DNA of 54,478 bases from a virus (Duplodnaviria; Caudoviricetes), in IMG/VR virus record IMGVR_UViG_3300049982_000333, positions 1 to 54,478 of that record. One strand, written 5' to 3'. Position 1 is the first letter of the stretch. Each line of letters starts with the position of its first letter. Made by a program: the position numbers and the translations under genes. Shown one piece after another: positions 16,356-25,601 of this stretch. The notes under the pieces are model-generated. The model did not search any database. It saw only the letters and a program-made list of their open reading frames with translations, and was not told the origin of the DNA.

Positions 16356-17157
16356 CCAGGAAGGGGGGAGCTTGATGCCGTACCACGAGGGTGCCTGTCC
16401 AGGGCCGTGCAACCGCACCTACCGAAAGGCGGTAGATAGGTACGACGCTGCCGTCGAGGTGTACAAGCAAGCGATGACCAAATGGGCCTCCCGGCGGCCG
16501 GCTAAACGCGGGGAGCGCCCGGAGCGGCCGGAACTGCCGACAGTGGTCCCGGTGCTGGGTGATCCGATGTGGTCTGCTCGGTGCTGCTCGTTGATCCGTG
16601 CCGCGCTGGCCGAACTGGACGACCTTGCGAGCCTGTTGGCCGCCTCGTCGGACGGGCACCGCGGGGGTGCGCCGCGTGGCAACCAGAAGACCGGGCACGT
16701 CGGGAAGAGCAGCTCGGCGGCGTCGTTGTCGCCGATCGCTGACACCCTCGACGAGCTGTTCGGGGCGTTGGTGAAGGTGGAGGACGATTGGCGGGAGTTC
16801 CGCCGGTACCCGGGCCGGCCGAGTCGGGGCCGCGGTGGCCACGCCCGGCGGCTCAGCATCACGTTCCTGCTGGATGAGCTGGACGCGATCCTGACCCACT
16901 CGGGCAGCTTGCAGTTCGGGTTGGCGACGCTGTCCTGGCAGCGGCGTCTGCGCTCCCTGACCAAGAGCGACCCTGTTGCCGTTCAGTCGCCGATCCGGTG
17001 TCCGCGTTGTGGTGAGCGGGGGCGGGTACAGCGGGAGGACGACGGCTACTACAAGTGCGGCAGCTGTCAGCGACTCATGACTCAGCAAGAGCACGACCGG
17101 GAGTTCGACGAGCAAGCCCGAGCACAGGAAGCGGCCGAAATGGCTGGCGCGTCGTGA
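16348..17157 (+). CDS. Putative late-gene transcriptional regulator with C-terminal zinc finger
   Basis: CPRCGERG...YKCGSC; lies immediately before a promoter/terminator pair. Confidence 0.5.
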   Translation: MADQEGGSLMPYHEGACPGPCNRTYRKAVDRYDAAVEVYKQAMTKWASRRPAKRGERPERPELPTVVPVLGDPMWSARCCSLIRAALAELDDLASLLAASSDGHRGGAPRGNQKTGHVGKSSSAASLSPIADTLDELFGALVKVEDDWREFRRYPGRPSRGRGGHARRLSITFLLDELDAILTHSGSLQFGLATLSWQRRLRSLTKSDPVAVQSPIRCPRCGERGRVQREDDGYYKCGSCQRLMTQQEHDREFDEQARAQEAAEMAGAS

Positions 17158-17158
17158 C

Positions 17159-17188
17159 TTGCGTAATGCTCTGACCAGGGCGCAAACT
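17159..17188 (+). promoter_or_regulatory. Candidate late promoter
   Basis: TTGCGT-N18-CAAACT right after the regulator stop codon. Confidence 0.35.
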
Positions 17189-17214
17189 GTGCACCGTAGC
17201 CTGATGTGATCTCT

Positions 17215-17248
17215 GCCCTCGGACGCCTTTTCGCGCCGAGGGCTTTTT
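17215..17248 (+). terminator. Intrinsic terminator
   Basis: GCCCTCGG...CCGAGGGC followed by TTTTT. Confidence 0.75.
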
Positions 17249-17267
17249 GTGTTCCCGGGGGGTGATC

Positions 17268-17507
17268 ATGAGCCACCCCGAACCGGTGAACGTGCACGTG
17301 GCCGCTGCCCGCCTCCACCGTTCCCCCCGCACGATCTACTCGTGGTCCACCCGCTACGGGGTCCGCAAGTGGGGTAGCCGGGACGCCACCCTGTACGACT
17401 TCGCGGACCTGGCCACGATCGAGGCCTGCATCAACAGGGGCGATCCCGTCCCGGCCACGCCAGAGAGCAGGGACGAGCTGCGCGCTTCGTACGCGGCCGT
17501 GGCGTAG
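17268..17507 (+). CDS. Small MerR/excisionase-like HTH protein
   Basis: VHVAAARLHRSPRTIYSWSTRYG...LYDFADL. Confidence 0.65.
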   Translation: MSHPEPVNVHVAAARLHRSPRTIYSWSTRYGVRKWGSRDATLYDFADLATIEACINRGDPVPATPESRDELRASYAAVA

Positions 17508-17520
17508 AAGCAACCAAGAG

Positions 17521-17545
17521 GGCCCGGCCGCGCGCCGGGCCTTTC
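17521..17545 (+). terminator. Probable intrinsic terminator
   Basis: GGCCCGGC-CGCGC-GCCGGGCC-TTTC. Confidence 0.55.
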
Positions 17546-17592
17546 GCACGTCCGATCCCGCCCGCTGTGGCCATCGCCCGATTGGAGCTTCC

Positions 17593-18210
17593 ATGACCTA
17601 CGGTGAATCCGCGCGGGCATCGGACGCCATGTCCGTCGCCGTCTCCACCACTCTCACCGAGCAAGCGCGCGGCACGACCCACTGGATGGTCGAGCGTTGG
17701 GACGCCGACCAGACTCGCTGGGTCCGGCGCCGTTCCGGCCTGGCCGCTCCGCAGGCGGCCGACTTCGCGCGGCTGCACGTAGAGCCGTATGAGGTGTCAA
17801 CGGTCCACGGCAACCTGATCACGAACGCGGGTTGGACCAGGCTGATGAACCTGCTGACCAACCAGGGTGGTACGCAGGCGCTGGACGCGACGCACACACG
17901 GATCGGGGTAGGTAGCGGCAGCACGGCGGAGGCGTACACCGACGCGGACCTGGTGGGCCCGTCGAAGTGGTGGCAGCCGGTCACCGGCTCGGGCACCCTC
18001 GGCACCCGGACGCTCAGCTTCTCGGCGACGTTCGCCGGCCCGGATGGCAACTTTGCGTGGAACGAGTTCGCGTTGGACGTCACCACGGCTGCGGCGGCGG
18101 CCGGCAACACCGTGGGCGCGTTGCTGTTCAACAGGAAATCCTCGATCGCGCAGGGAACGAAAGCTGCCGGGCAAACGTGGGCGGCAACGGCGGCCGTGAC
18201 CTTCAGCTGA
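17593..18210 (+). CDS. Virion structural protein (fibre/collar-like), cassette A
   Basis: NLITNAG...IGVGSG...FSATF...NFAWNEFAL...LFNRK beta-rich pattern. Confidence 0.55.
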   Translation: MTYGESARASDAMSVAVSTTLTEQARGTTHWMVERWDADQTRWVRRRSGLAAPQAADFARLHVEPYEVSTVHGNLITNAGWTRLMNLLTNQGGTQALDATHTRIGVGSGSTAEAYTDADLVGPSKWWQPVTGSGTLGTRTLSFSATFAGPDGNFAWNEFALDVTTAAAAAGNTVGALLFNRKSSIAQGTKAAGQTWAATAAVTFS

Positions 18211-18241
18211 TCGTGTGAGGGCAGTGCGCTGGGGGTGACCG

Positions 18242-20137
18242 TTGCCGTCATTCCGCTCTGCCACTCAGGCGTCATCCGGCACGGCAGCGTCCTTCTCGGG
18301 CAGCAAGCCCGCCGGCACCATCCAGGGCGACATGCTGGTGCTGTGCCACACCGCGGACCTCGGCACGCTCGCGGAGATGGGCACCCCAACGGGCGGCGCC
18401 GCCTGGCAGCTGCTGGACTCAGCGCAGTGGCCGACCGCTACCGGCGCGGGAATGAAGCTCTGGTGGAAGATCGCCGGATCGTCTGAACCCTCCACCTACG
18501 GGCTGACCCAGAACTCGGGTGCGGACGGCACGGCCACGATCGTCTGCGTTCAAAGCCCGGGTGCGGGCACCCCGGTTGTCGCGCACACCGGCGGCACGAC
18601 GCTCGCGAGCAGCATTCCCACGCCGTCGACGACCCCGAACGGGGCCACCGACTTCGAGATCCGGTTCGTAGGCGCGACCAGCGGCAACGGGTCGGCGACC
18701 ACGTTCACGCCCCCTGGCGGATTCACCGAGCGGTCGGACGTCACCTCGGGGACGCAGTACGCGCCGCAGTCCTGCGCCACTCGCACCCTGTCCAGTAGCG
18801 GAGCGACGGGTACGCAGAACTTCACGTCGACGAACACCCTGGCGAGCTACTTGGGGTTCACCGTCAACATCGGCTCTGCCGGCGGTGGCGGCGGCACCCA
18901 GGTGCAACCGTCCGTTCGCTCGGTTTCCACGGCTTCGGGGAACCTGGTGGCCTCGTACACGGTTGCGAAGCCTGCTGGTACGCAGCCCGGTGATCTGATG
19001 TTCTGGGCACAGTCGTTTACGGCCGCGGGTTCGAATCCCGGAAACAACGGCCCTCAGGAAGGCGAGTTCTGGGCCTTCTTCGCGCACAACAGCGACATCC
19101 CGAACACGATGAGTGTTTGGTGGAAAATCGCTGGGCCAAGCGAACCAGCCACGTATACGGTTGGAAACTTTTCCACGACTGAACGTAGCTCGGTTGTGCT
19201 AATAACCGTCAAGGATGCTCCGACTGACTACAGCGGCTACCCATTCCAGCGCCCACCAAATGTAACGAACGAGACTACCTCGGGTGGATCGAATCTTGGC
19301 AGCATCGTAAGTCCGTCCTTCACGCCACCTGACGGCCTGACGCTTGATCTCCGAATTGTTACCTGTGACGGGTCGGCGTCAGCACGTACGTGGACGCCAC
19401 CTGCCGGATACACAGAGGTGGCCGACATTCATGATGCCGGTAACCGAACTGGTGTGACGGTCGCCTGGAAGCAGCTGTCAGGGACTGCTCCCACCGGGAC
19501 GCAAACGTTCACGGCTAGCAGCGCGACGATGAACAGCGTCTGGACTGCCGCTATTGGCATTCCGGCTGCTCCCGTGTTGATTGCCCTGAATGATGCCGGA
19601 TCCGCAGTCGAGAGCCTCAGCGTCGTCCAGGCCACGCAGAAGACCCTGACTGACACCGGCAGCAGCACAGAGACGCTGTCGGCGGTGACGACTGCGGCCC
19701 TGGCCGATGCCGGGTCAGCGGTCGAGCAACTGACGGTCACCGCCACCTCGGCACTGGCCGACACGGCGACCGCAGCCGAGATGCTGACCGCCGCGGCGAC
19801 CGTGGCGCTCGCTGAGACAGGATCGGCCGCCGACGCCATCAACGCCGGCATGCCCGTCGCCCTGGCCCAGGCGGGCACCGCGGCCGACGCGCTCACCGTC
19901 CAGGCCACCGTCACCCTGACCCAGGCGGGCACCGCCGTTGATGCGCTGACCGTCACCGTGCAGGTCGCACTCTCGGATACGGCGAGCGCAGCCGACGCGT
20001 TGATCGGCGTCCTGATCGAAGACATCACGGTCACCGCAGGCGCCGCGCAGCGCGGCTGGTCGTCGGGGGAACCGGCCAGCTCCTTCACGGCGGGCATGCC
20101 CGTCCGCGGCTGGTGTGCGGGGCCGCCCACAACCTGA
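18242..20137 (+). CDS. Fibre/adhesin-like protein: two homologous beta domains plus acidic 18-aa repeats, cassette A
   Basis: Duplicated KPAGTxxGD...WWKIAGxSEPxTY...TPPxGxTExxD; about 8 LxDxGSAxExLTV repeats. Confidence 0.65.
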   Translation: MPSFRSATQASSGTAASFSGSKPAGTIQGDMLVLCHTADLGTLAEMGTPTGGAAWQLLDSAQWPTATGAGMKLWWKIAGSSEPSTYGLTQNSGADGTATIVCVQSPGAGTPVVAHTGGTTLASSIPTPSTTPNGATDFEIRFVGATSGNGSATTFTPPGGFTERSDVTSGTQYAPQSCATRTLSSSGATGTQNFTSTNTLASYLGFTVNIGSAGGGGGTQVQPSVRSVSTASGNLVASYTVAKPAGTQPGDLMFWAQSFTAAGSNPGNNGPQEGEFWAFFAHNSDIPNTMSVWWKIAGPSEPATYTVGNFSTTERSSVVLITVKDAPTDYSGYPFQRPPNVTNETTSGGSNLGSIVSPSFTPPDGLTLDLRIVTCDGSASARTWTPPAGYTEVADIHDAGNRTGVTVAWKQLSGTAPTGTQTFTASSATMNSVWTAAIGIPAAPVLIALNDAGSAVESLSVVQATQKTLTDTGSSTETLSAVTTAALADAGSAVEQLTVTATSALADTATAAEMLTAAATVALAETGSAADAINAGMPVALAQAGTAADALTVQATVTLTQAGTAVDALTVTVQVALSDTASAADALIGVLIEDITVTAGAAQRGWSSGEPASSFTAGMPVRGWCAGPPTT

Positions 20138-20148
20138 GCTGAGGGGGC

Positions 20149-20436
20149 GTGGTGCTGACAATCCCGGCCATCTCGGTGGAGTACCTGAAAGTCCCGGTCA
20201 CCGGCCCGGCGAACCTCACTTCGTACGCGGTGGAGATGGCTGTGCTACCGGACGGCCAGGACCCGGTGACGGCGGATTGGAAGGCCGCCACCTGGATCGG
20301 CTCATACTCATCCGTGCTGGTCGGCCCGGGGACGACCCTGCCGTTGACCAAGGGAGTCACCTACGGGGCATGGGTGCGGATCACCGCGAGCCCGGAGAAG
20401 CCGGTGCTTTCCCCTGTCCTGGTCCATGCCACGTGA
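20149..20436 (+). CDS. Small fibre adaptor protein, cassette A
   Basis: Paralog of 25305-25598 (VEMAV...DWKAATW...LVGPG...YGAWVRIT). Confidence 0.6.
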   Translation: MVLTIPAISVEYLKVPVTGPANLTSYAVEMAVLPDGQDPVTADWKAATWIGSYSSVLVGPGTTLPLTKGVTYGAWVRITASPEKPVLSPVLVHAT

Positions 20437-20489
20437 GCTCGCCCGCCTGATCTCGCCTTCACCGACGACGCCACCCCAGGGAGGGCAGA

Positions 20490-21155
20490 GTGCCATTCAA
20501 CGACCTCGCCAAGAACTCCGCATTGACTGGCCTCGCGGCCGGCATCACGCATATCGGCGTCAACACCTTGGTAGCCGCGCCGCCCGCCGATGGCAGCCCA
20601 GGAACGGGCGCCACAGCGGCAGCCACCGAGGCCGCCGGCGGCAGCCCCGCCTACGCCCGCCTGGCAGCGACCTGGGCCGCGGCGGCGGTTGGGCAGGACG
20701 CCAACTCGGCGACCCTGCTGTTCGACGTCGGCCCTGGCACGTACGGGTTTCTGACGTTCTGGAACGCCCCGACCGGGAACAGCGGCACGCAGTACCGCGG
20801 GTACGTGCCCATCAACGGCGGCGTCAAGGGCTTCGGAACGGTCGACGCAGCCGACCTGACCGCGAACACGATCACGAGCAACGGGCACGGTCTGGCCAAC
20901 AACGACCGTGTGATCATCTACAACGTGTTCGGCGAGACCATTCCCGGAGGGGTGACCGAGGGCGCCGTCTACTACGTGGTGGGCGCGACGACGGACACCT
21001 TCCAGATGGCGCTCACGTCCGGCGGGGCTGCGATCGACCTGGTCACAACCCAGGGCGAGCTGTATTTCCAAAAGATCATCCCGGAAACCTTCGGCGCGCA
21101 AGGCCAGATCTCGGTGGCCATCGGCGCGATCGTCCTGGACGCGACGGGAATCTGA
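20490..21155 (+). CDS. Virion structural protein (fibre-like), cassette B
   Basis: EAAGGSPAYARLA...FDVGPG...WNAPTG, with inserted HGLANNDRV...YYVVGATTDTFQ domain. Confidence 0.55.
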   Translation: MPFNDLAKNSALTGLAAGITHIGVNTLVAAPPADGSPGTGATAAATEAAGGSPAYARLAATWAAAAVGQDANSATLLFDVGPGTYGFLTFWNAPTGNSGTQYRGYVPINGGVKGFGTVDAADLTANTITSNGHGLANNDRVIIYNVFGETIPGGVTEGAVYYVVGATTDTFQMALTSGGAAIDLVTTQGELYFQKIIPETFGAQGQISVAIGAIVLDATGI

Positions 21156-21158
21156 CCC

Positions 21159-21545
21159 GTGGCCGACAGCTCGGTGGCGGTGACGCCCGGCGCCGGCGCC
21201 ACTGTCGACACGTACGCCGTGGCGGGCGGCGACCATCAGCAGGTGGTGCGTGAAGCCCGCGCGACGGCAGTCGGAGCGCTCAACACGTGGACGGTGACCA
21301 CCGCCGGGGTGCAGAACCAGATCGCCGCCGACGCCGGCCGGGTCGCCGTGCTGATCGAGTCGGCGGCCAACACTCGGGTGTATCTGCGGTTCGACGGGAC
21401 GATCCCGACGGCGGCCGCCCACCACTGGTTTCTGGACCCGGGCGACCGGTGGGAGGTGCCCGTGCAGCTGTCGACACTGACCGTCTCCATGGCCGGCGCA
21501 GGGGCTGGCGGCACGATCCTGTCGACGCTGGCCACGGCGAGCTGA
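21159..21545 (+). CDS. Hypothetical structural protein
   Basis: Tightly coupled beta-rich ORF. Confidence 0.6.
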   Translation: MADSSVAVTPGAGATVDTYAVAGGDHQQVVREARATAVGALNTWTVTTAGVQNQIAADAGRVAVLIESAANTRVYLRFDGTIPTAAAHHWFLDPGDRWEVPVQLSTLTVSMAGAGAGGTILSTLATAS

Positions 21546-21546
21546 C

Positions 21547-23256
21547 ATGCTCGCGCCTCGGCTCCTGTATCCGAACCCGGACTTCTGGAACGTCTTCGGC
21601 CACAGCTATTTCCAATTCAGCTTCGGCGGCGTCGACCAGTCGGGGCGTACCGACTCGCTTGTTCGCAGCACCTTGGACATCGAGTTCACCAACTGGCGTA
21701 ACCGGGCCGTCCCGTCGTCACGGCTGATCATCGAAGGCCGCGCGCAGGGGGGGTTCGCCCGCGTCTTGCAGGAGCGCGTGCCGAACGTGGGCCGCGGCCG
21801 GCCGTACGTGGGCGAGGGCGGCGCGACCATCCTGTGCTACGGGATCAACGACCTCGGCTACGTCAGCAACACGGCGCAGGTGAGGACGGCGTTCCAGCAC
21901 GCGATGCGCATGGCCATCTCCCGCATGCGCGCTTCGACGTTGTACGAGAACGACTACCAGGTGGGCACGAGAACCTCGTACGGCGCAGGGTTCACCAGTG
22001 CCGGGTTCACGTCCGATTTCAGCAGCGGCAACTCGATACACGCGGCCACGAGCACCACGTCGGCCACGGTGACGATGACCTTGCCGTCGGACTACCAGGG
22101 CGAACCGGTCGTCATCGCCTTCACCGGGGCGGCCGGAGTCACCGGCGGCACGGTGACGTTCAGCGGCACCGCCGGGGTGACGGGCACGCTGTCGACGTCC
22201 AACATCATGCCGTCGGCGTCGTTGTCGCACGGCATCGTCGTGCGGCGCATCACCACGCTGACCGCAGCCAACGCAGGCCAGACCATCATCGCGACGGCGA
22301 CAGCCATCGACGGCGGCGGGGCGGTGTTCTTCGACTGCTGGTGGCTGGAATCACGGACACCACCCCCGGTGATCGTGTGCAATGTGGCGCGGCTGACCTC
22401 GGCCGGGTATGCCAGTTTCCCGAACGTTTCCACGGACGCCGACGTCGCCAACCTGAACAGCGACATCTCCGCCGTCGTGGCCGAGTTCGACTCGATGGTG
22501 CAGATCGCTGACCTCGACGGGGCCATCGGCGGCGACGCCACGCTCCTGGCCGCCGACGGCATCCACCCCAACGAGCTCGGCGCGGCCCGGGCGGCCGACG
22601 CCGTCTTGGCGGCCGTGCGGCGTCTCTCACCGACAGGTTCGAGCACCGCCGGCAACTTCAACGTGGCGTCTCCCCGTTCGGGCGGCATCATCAAGCCGAG
22701 GATCTCGGGCCGGTGGTACACCACCGAGTACCGGGCTGCCGGGAGCAACTACACGCCGGTGGCCGGGCACGACTTCGCCATCCCATTCCTGGTCTGCCAG
22801 GGGCGCGAGCGGTATATCCGCATGGGGATGCGCCTGGCCACCGCAGGCTCGGTGGCGGGCAGCATCAGGTGGGGGATCTACGACGACGTCGGCTGGGGCG
22901 GCTACCCGCAGTGCCTGGTCATCGAGCCGTCCGCCTCCGGTGGCGCGCTGAGCGTCGGCACCGTCGTGGGACTGGTGCAGAACCCAGCTTCAGGCGGCGG
23001 CTCCCTCGCGCAGGCGCTCGACCCGGGGCTGTACTGGCTGTCGATGCTGGTCGTCACCGCAGGTACCGGTCAGGCCTACGAGACGCTCGCCGGGCCGGTA
23101 CCGCTGGTCATGCCGCAGCTGGACGCCAGTGCCGCACGGATCACGCCCTCGGGGTGGCAGCTCACCGGTCAGAGCACTGCGGCGCTCCCGAACGTCTTCC
23201 CTGCGGGCGCGACTGCGGTGGACAACGTCCCGCTCGTGGCGATGCAGTTGCAGTAA
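21547..23256 (+). CDS. SGNH/GDSL hydrolase-domain virion protein
   Basis: Blocks VFGHSY, NRAVPS, YGINDL, ADGIHPNELG. Confidence 0.75.
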   Translation: MLAPRLLYPNPDFWNVFGHSYFQFSFGGVDQSGRTDSLVRSTLDIEFTNWRNRAVPSSRLIIEGRAQGGFARVLQERVPNVGRGRPYVGEGGATILCYGINDLGYVSNTAQVRTAFQHAMRMAISRMRASTLYENDYQVGTRTSYGAGFTSAGFTSDFSSGNSIHAATSTTSATVTMTLPSDYQGEPVVIAFTGAAGVTGGTVTFSGTAGVTGTLSTSNIMPSASLSHGIVVRRITTLTAANAGQTIIATATAIDGGGAVFFDCWWLESRTPPPVIVCNVARLTSAGYASFPNVSTDADVANLNSDISAVVAEFDSMVQIADLDGAIGGDATLLAADGIHPNELGAARAADAVLAAVRRLSPTGSSTAGNFNVASPRSGGIIKPRISGRWYTTEYRAAGSNYTPVAGHDFAIPFLVCQGRERYIRMGMRLATAGSVAGSIRWGIYDDVGWGGYPQCLVIEPSASGGALSVGTVVGLVQNPASGGGSLAQALDPGLYWLSMLVVTAGTGQAYETLAGPVPLVMPQLDASAARITPSGWQLTGQSTAALPNVFPAGATAVDNVPLVAMQLQ

Positions 23257-23268
23257 GGGGGCTGCGCG

Positions 23269-25305
23269 GTGCCGCTTCTGCTGCTCCCAAGGTCGGCTGC
23301 GGCGGTCGGCTCGGCACCGCCCACGTTCGTCGACGAGGTCGAAGGCCCGTCCTGGACGACGCTGACGACGAGCAAAGTCTCCCCGTCGATGACCGTGGTC
23401 GAGAACGACCGTCTGGTGGCCGTGGGCACCACGGCCGACGCGGCGACCACGCTGACTGGTATCAGCGGCGGGTTGCTGACCTGGACGTTGCAGCAGTCCG
23501 TCGCGGTGTCGCAGTTCTGCACGGTGTACGTGTGGACAGCGACGGTCGACGCCGACAAGTCCATGACGATCACCGTCACGGCGAACAACGCGCTCAACCA
23601 GTGGGGCATGGCCTGCTACCGGTTCAGGGCCTCGGATGGGTTCGGCGCGTCCACCAAGACAAACGTGACCAGCGGGTCTCCCACGTTGGGGATCACCACG
23701 ACGCAGCCCAACTCGGCGATCGTCGTCATCAGCTCGGACTGGACAGCGAAGAGCACCGCGCGTACGTGGCTCACCGTCAACTCGATCACCCCGACGGCCG
23801 GCAACGGCGGCGAGCGGGTCTACCAGTTCTCCAGCGGCCAGTACACGGCGTACTCGGCGTACTGGTCCGACGCCGGTGCGGCCGGAGCCAAGACAGTTGG
23901 CCTCAGCACGCCGACCGCCCAGAAGTACTCGATCATCGCGCTCGAGGTCAAAGGCTCGGCGTCATCCGTCGTCCCCGTGCCGGTCACCGGGCTGGCCACG
24001 ATGGCGCTCGGCGGCACCGGCACGGCCAGCAAGCAGGCACTGGGTGGCGGGATGTCGCCCCTGGCCGGGTCCGCGTCGGCCGTGACCAGGAAGACCGTGT
24101 CGGCCACCGCAACGGCCGCTGTGGGGCTCACCGGATCCGCGGTGGTCCGCAAGGCCGTACCCGCCGCAGGTCTGGGCGAGCTGGTCACGTCGGCTACGGG
24201 GATCGCCCGCAAGGCGGCCCGCGTCGCAGCCGCCGGACAACTGGTGGCGACGGCCTCTGCAACCGCCCGCAAATCGGCCCCCGTCACAGGGGCAGGGCGG
24301 CTTGCTCTCGCCGCTGCGGCTACGGCCCGCAAAGCTGCTCCGGTTGCCGGTGTCGCGCCTCTCGCCGCAGTGTCGCAGGCGACGGCACGCAAGGTCGTCA
24401 CCGGCTCAACCCGGTCTGCTGTCGTGCTCGCCGGCACGTCGACCGCGCGCAAGACCGCTGTCACGGGCGGCCCGGGTGTACTCGCGGCCGCGGTAACGGC
24501 GGCGGTACGCAAGAGGGCGCCGGCGGCGGGTACGAGCACGCTGGCCCTGGCAGGGTCGGTCGCGCTCGGCAACATCGTCGCTGTCTCAGGCGTCGCCTCG
24601 GTGGTCTTCGCCGGCGCATCGGCTACCAGGAAGATCGCCCGCTCCGCGGCCGCCGCCCCGCTCCCGCTGGCCGGTGTGTCCACCACGGCCAAGAAGGCCC
24701 CCGCGTCGGGTCTGGCCGCGCTGCTGCTCACCGGGTCGCGGTCCGCCACACCCGTCCGGGCCGTGACCGGCGTCGCCGCGCTGGCGCTCGCCGCCGCGGC
24801 CGGTGGCAGCAAGACCGCGAAGGCGTCCACGACCGGTGGTCTGGTGCTCGGGGGAACCGGCACGGCGCGGCACGTGGCGGCTGCTGCAGGGCGTAGCGCG
24901 GCCTTGCTCGGCGGAGCCTCCACCGTCCGGCACATCGCGTCCGGCACCGGCTACGGGGCCCTTGCCCTCACAGGGGCGGGCATCACGCGCCACCTGGCCG
25001 CCGTATCGGGTCGCGGGGTGCTCGCCATGGACGGGGCTGCGGTAGCGCAGCGCCGAGTCGGGGTAACGGGCGTGGGCTTCCTGGCCCTCGCCGCTTTCCA
25101 CGTGGAGGTGCCGCAGCCGGACCTCGAGTTCACCGTCGGGCCGCTGCGTCTCGCCTGGCCTACCGGGCCCGCCGAGGTCCGCTGGCCTGCAGGCGGCGCC
25201 GAGACCCGCTGGCCATCGGGGTCGGCGGAGGTCCGCTGGGCTTCCGGTGGCGTCCACATGGGTTGGCCTTCGGGGACTTTGAGGATCGGCCGGGGAGGGT
25301 CCTGA
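23269..25305 (+). CDS. Fibre/adhesin-like protein with basic 20-aa RK repeats, cassette B
   Basis: N-terminal beta domain, about 18 TARKxxxxxG repeats, C-terminal WPxG repeats. Confidence 0.65.
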   Translation: MPLLLLPRSAAAVGSAPPTFVDEVEGPSWTTLTTSKVSPSMTVVENDRLVAVGTTADAATTLTGISGGLLTWTLQQSVAVSQFCTVYVWTATVDADKSMTITVTANNALNQWGMACYRFRASDGFGASTKTNVTSGSPTLGITTTQPNSAIVVISSDWTAKSTARTWLTVNSITPTAGNGGERVYQFSSGQYTAYSAYWSDAGAAGAKTVGLSTPTAQKYSIIALEVKGSASSVVPVPVTGLATMALGGTGTASKQALGGGMSPLAGSASAVTRKTVSATATAAVGLTGSAVVRKAVPAAGLGELVTSATGIARKAARVAAAGQLVATASATARKSAPVTGAGRLALAAAATARKAAPVAGVAPLAAVSQATARKVVTGSTRSAVVLAGTSTARKTAVTGGPGVLAAAVTAAVRKRAPAAGTSTLALAGSVALGNIVAVSGVASVVFAGASATRKIARSAAAAPLPLAGVSTTAKKAPASGLAALLLTGSRSATPVRAVTGVAALALAAAAGGSKTAKASTTGGLVLGGTGTARHVAAAAGRSAALLGGASTVRHIASGTGYGALALTGAGITRHLAAVSGRGVLAMDGAAVAQRRVGVTGVGFLALAAFHVEVPQPDLEFTVGPLRLAWPTGPAEVRWPAGGAETRWPSGSAEVRWASGGVHMGWPSGTLRIGRGGS

Positions 25306-25598
25306 TGGCCTACATGCCCGCCAGTTCGAAGGAAGACGTCTACGTCCAGTGGGGCACACAGGCGGTCGGTCTGCCCGTCGAGATCGCGATCATCCCGCAC
25401 GCGTCACCGGAAACGGAGCCGGTCGACGCCGACTACAAGCCGGCGACGTGGGACGGCGCCACGGGCTGGGCGACGCTGCTGATCGGCGCCGGCTCAGATC
25501 TCGTGCTGGCCCCGGGCGACTACCAGGTGTGGAGCCGGGTCACTGCGGGCACCCGCCGCCCGGTGCGCCGTCACGGGCAGCTGACCGTCGGGGTGTGA
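25305..25598 (+). CDS. Small fibre adaptor protein, cassette B
   Basis: VEIAI...DYKPATW...LIGAG...YQVWSRVT; paralog of 20149-20436. Confidence 0.6.
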   Translation: MAYMPASSKEDVYVQWGTQAVGLPVEIAIIPHASPETEPVDADYKPATWDGATGWATLLIGAGSDLVLAPGDYQVWSRVTAGTRRPVRRHGQLTVGV

Positions 25599-25601
25599 TG
25601 G

